A stretch of 64,000 nt of DNA from Glaucostegus cemiculus. Lineage: Eukaryota. Positions within the stretch are counted from its first letter, which is position 1. Every line of letters starts with the position of its first letter. The position numbers and the translations under genes were made by a program. Shown here piece by piece: positions 63,380 to 64,000 of the stretch. Where the stretch lies: NCBI GenBank assembly GCA_976551045.1, contig CDPCPM010000054.1, positions 3,472,001-3,536,000 of the forward strand. The letters are read 5' to 3'. Below the pieces are notes generated by a model. It searched no databases. It was not told where the DNA came from and was given only the letters and a program-made list of their open reading frames with translations.

Positions 63380-63800
63380 TATGCATTTGCACAGCACATT
63401 TCACATGGATCTGGTGCTTCACAGACACTCGAATGCTTGTTAGAGTTTAGTCACTATTACAATGCAGCTATTGCTACTCCACAGTTGTGCATAGCGAGGC
63501 CCTGAGTGATAATGAGCAGGTAATGGGATTTTTGGGGAAGTTATTAAATACTGGGAAAACCACCCTTGTTCTCCTTCAAAATATTGCCATTGGTAACTTT
63601 TTTATTCAAGTGAGACACCAGATGGGGTTTCAGCTGAAGATTTTCTCCAAAGCCAGCACCTCTAACAGTGCATCTTCCCCTCCGCATCAGCACTGGAATA
63701 TGCAGGTTAAAGTTCTGTGTTCAAAGCGCTGGAGTGGGACTAGAACCCAGCACCTTCTGAGTCAGGGATGAGAGTGCTACCCACCGAATCACAGCTGAAT
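63380..63800 (-). mobile_element. Deu-domain SINE, decayed
   Basis: ctccttcaaaatattgccat...aacagtgcatc...tggagtgggactagaacccagcaccttctgagtcagggatgagagtgctacccaccgaatcacagctga. Confidence 0.75.
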
Positions 63801-64000
63801 CCATCAAGGTGCCTTTGAATAGGTTATACAAAACTCTCACAGTTATGACTCTGAACTGATTCCTTTTCATTATTTTGTTGCTGAAGTGGAAACCGGTATA
63901 AGTTAGGTCCCTTTGTAATAAAAACATGTTAAAAAAAATAACATAATCACAAAGTTGATTAAAGTGTGATGAACTAATATTTTTTCAGATAGAGACTGGT

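Overview
Vertebrate genomic DNA, most likely a cartilaginous fish (shark or ray) judging by its repeat families. It lies inside the basonuclin-2 (BNC2) gene on the minus strand. The only host coding sequence I can support is one 1,952-nt internal exon (37878->35927), the orthologue of the large human BNC2 exon 6. It encodes zinc-finger pair 1, the NLS and most of pair 2. The rest is intron, and much of it is transposon-derived: many nested CR1-clade LINEs (two retain part of the ORF1 esterase), tRNA-derived V-type/HE1-like SINEs, Deu-domain (SacSINE1-like) SINEs, L2- and Tx1-like fragments, Penelope-type hairpin remnants, Tigger-like MITEs and a decayed Harbinger Myb/SANT gene. A degenerate 26-bp minisatellite spans ~12.5-27.1 kb and has been hit by many insertions, including an R2-like RT fragment. 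Several repeat-free blocks look like conserved non-coding elements. The best leads are a predicted circular-RNA ORF from the big exon with inverted repeats in the flanking introns, a weak donor followed by a stop and poly(A) signal, a BNC1-type serine in the NLS, and the R2-like fragment outside rDNA. There is no prokaryotic system here, and almost all short ORFs in the track are repeat debris. Repeat boundaries were read by eye and are approximate (tens of bp).
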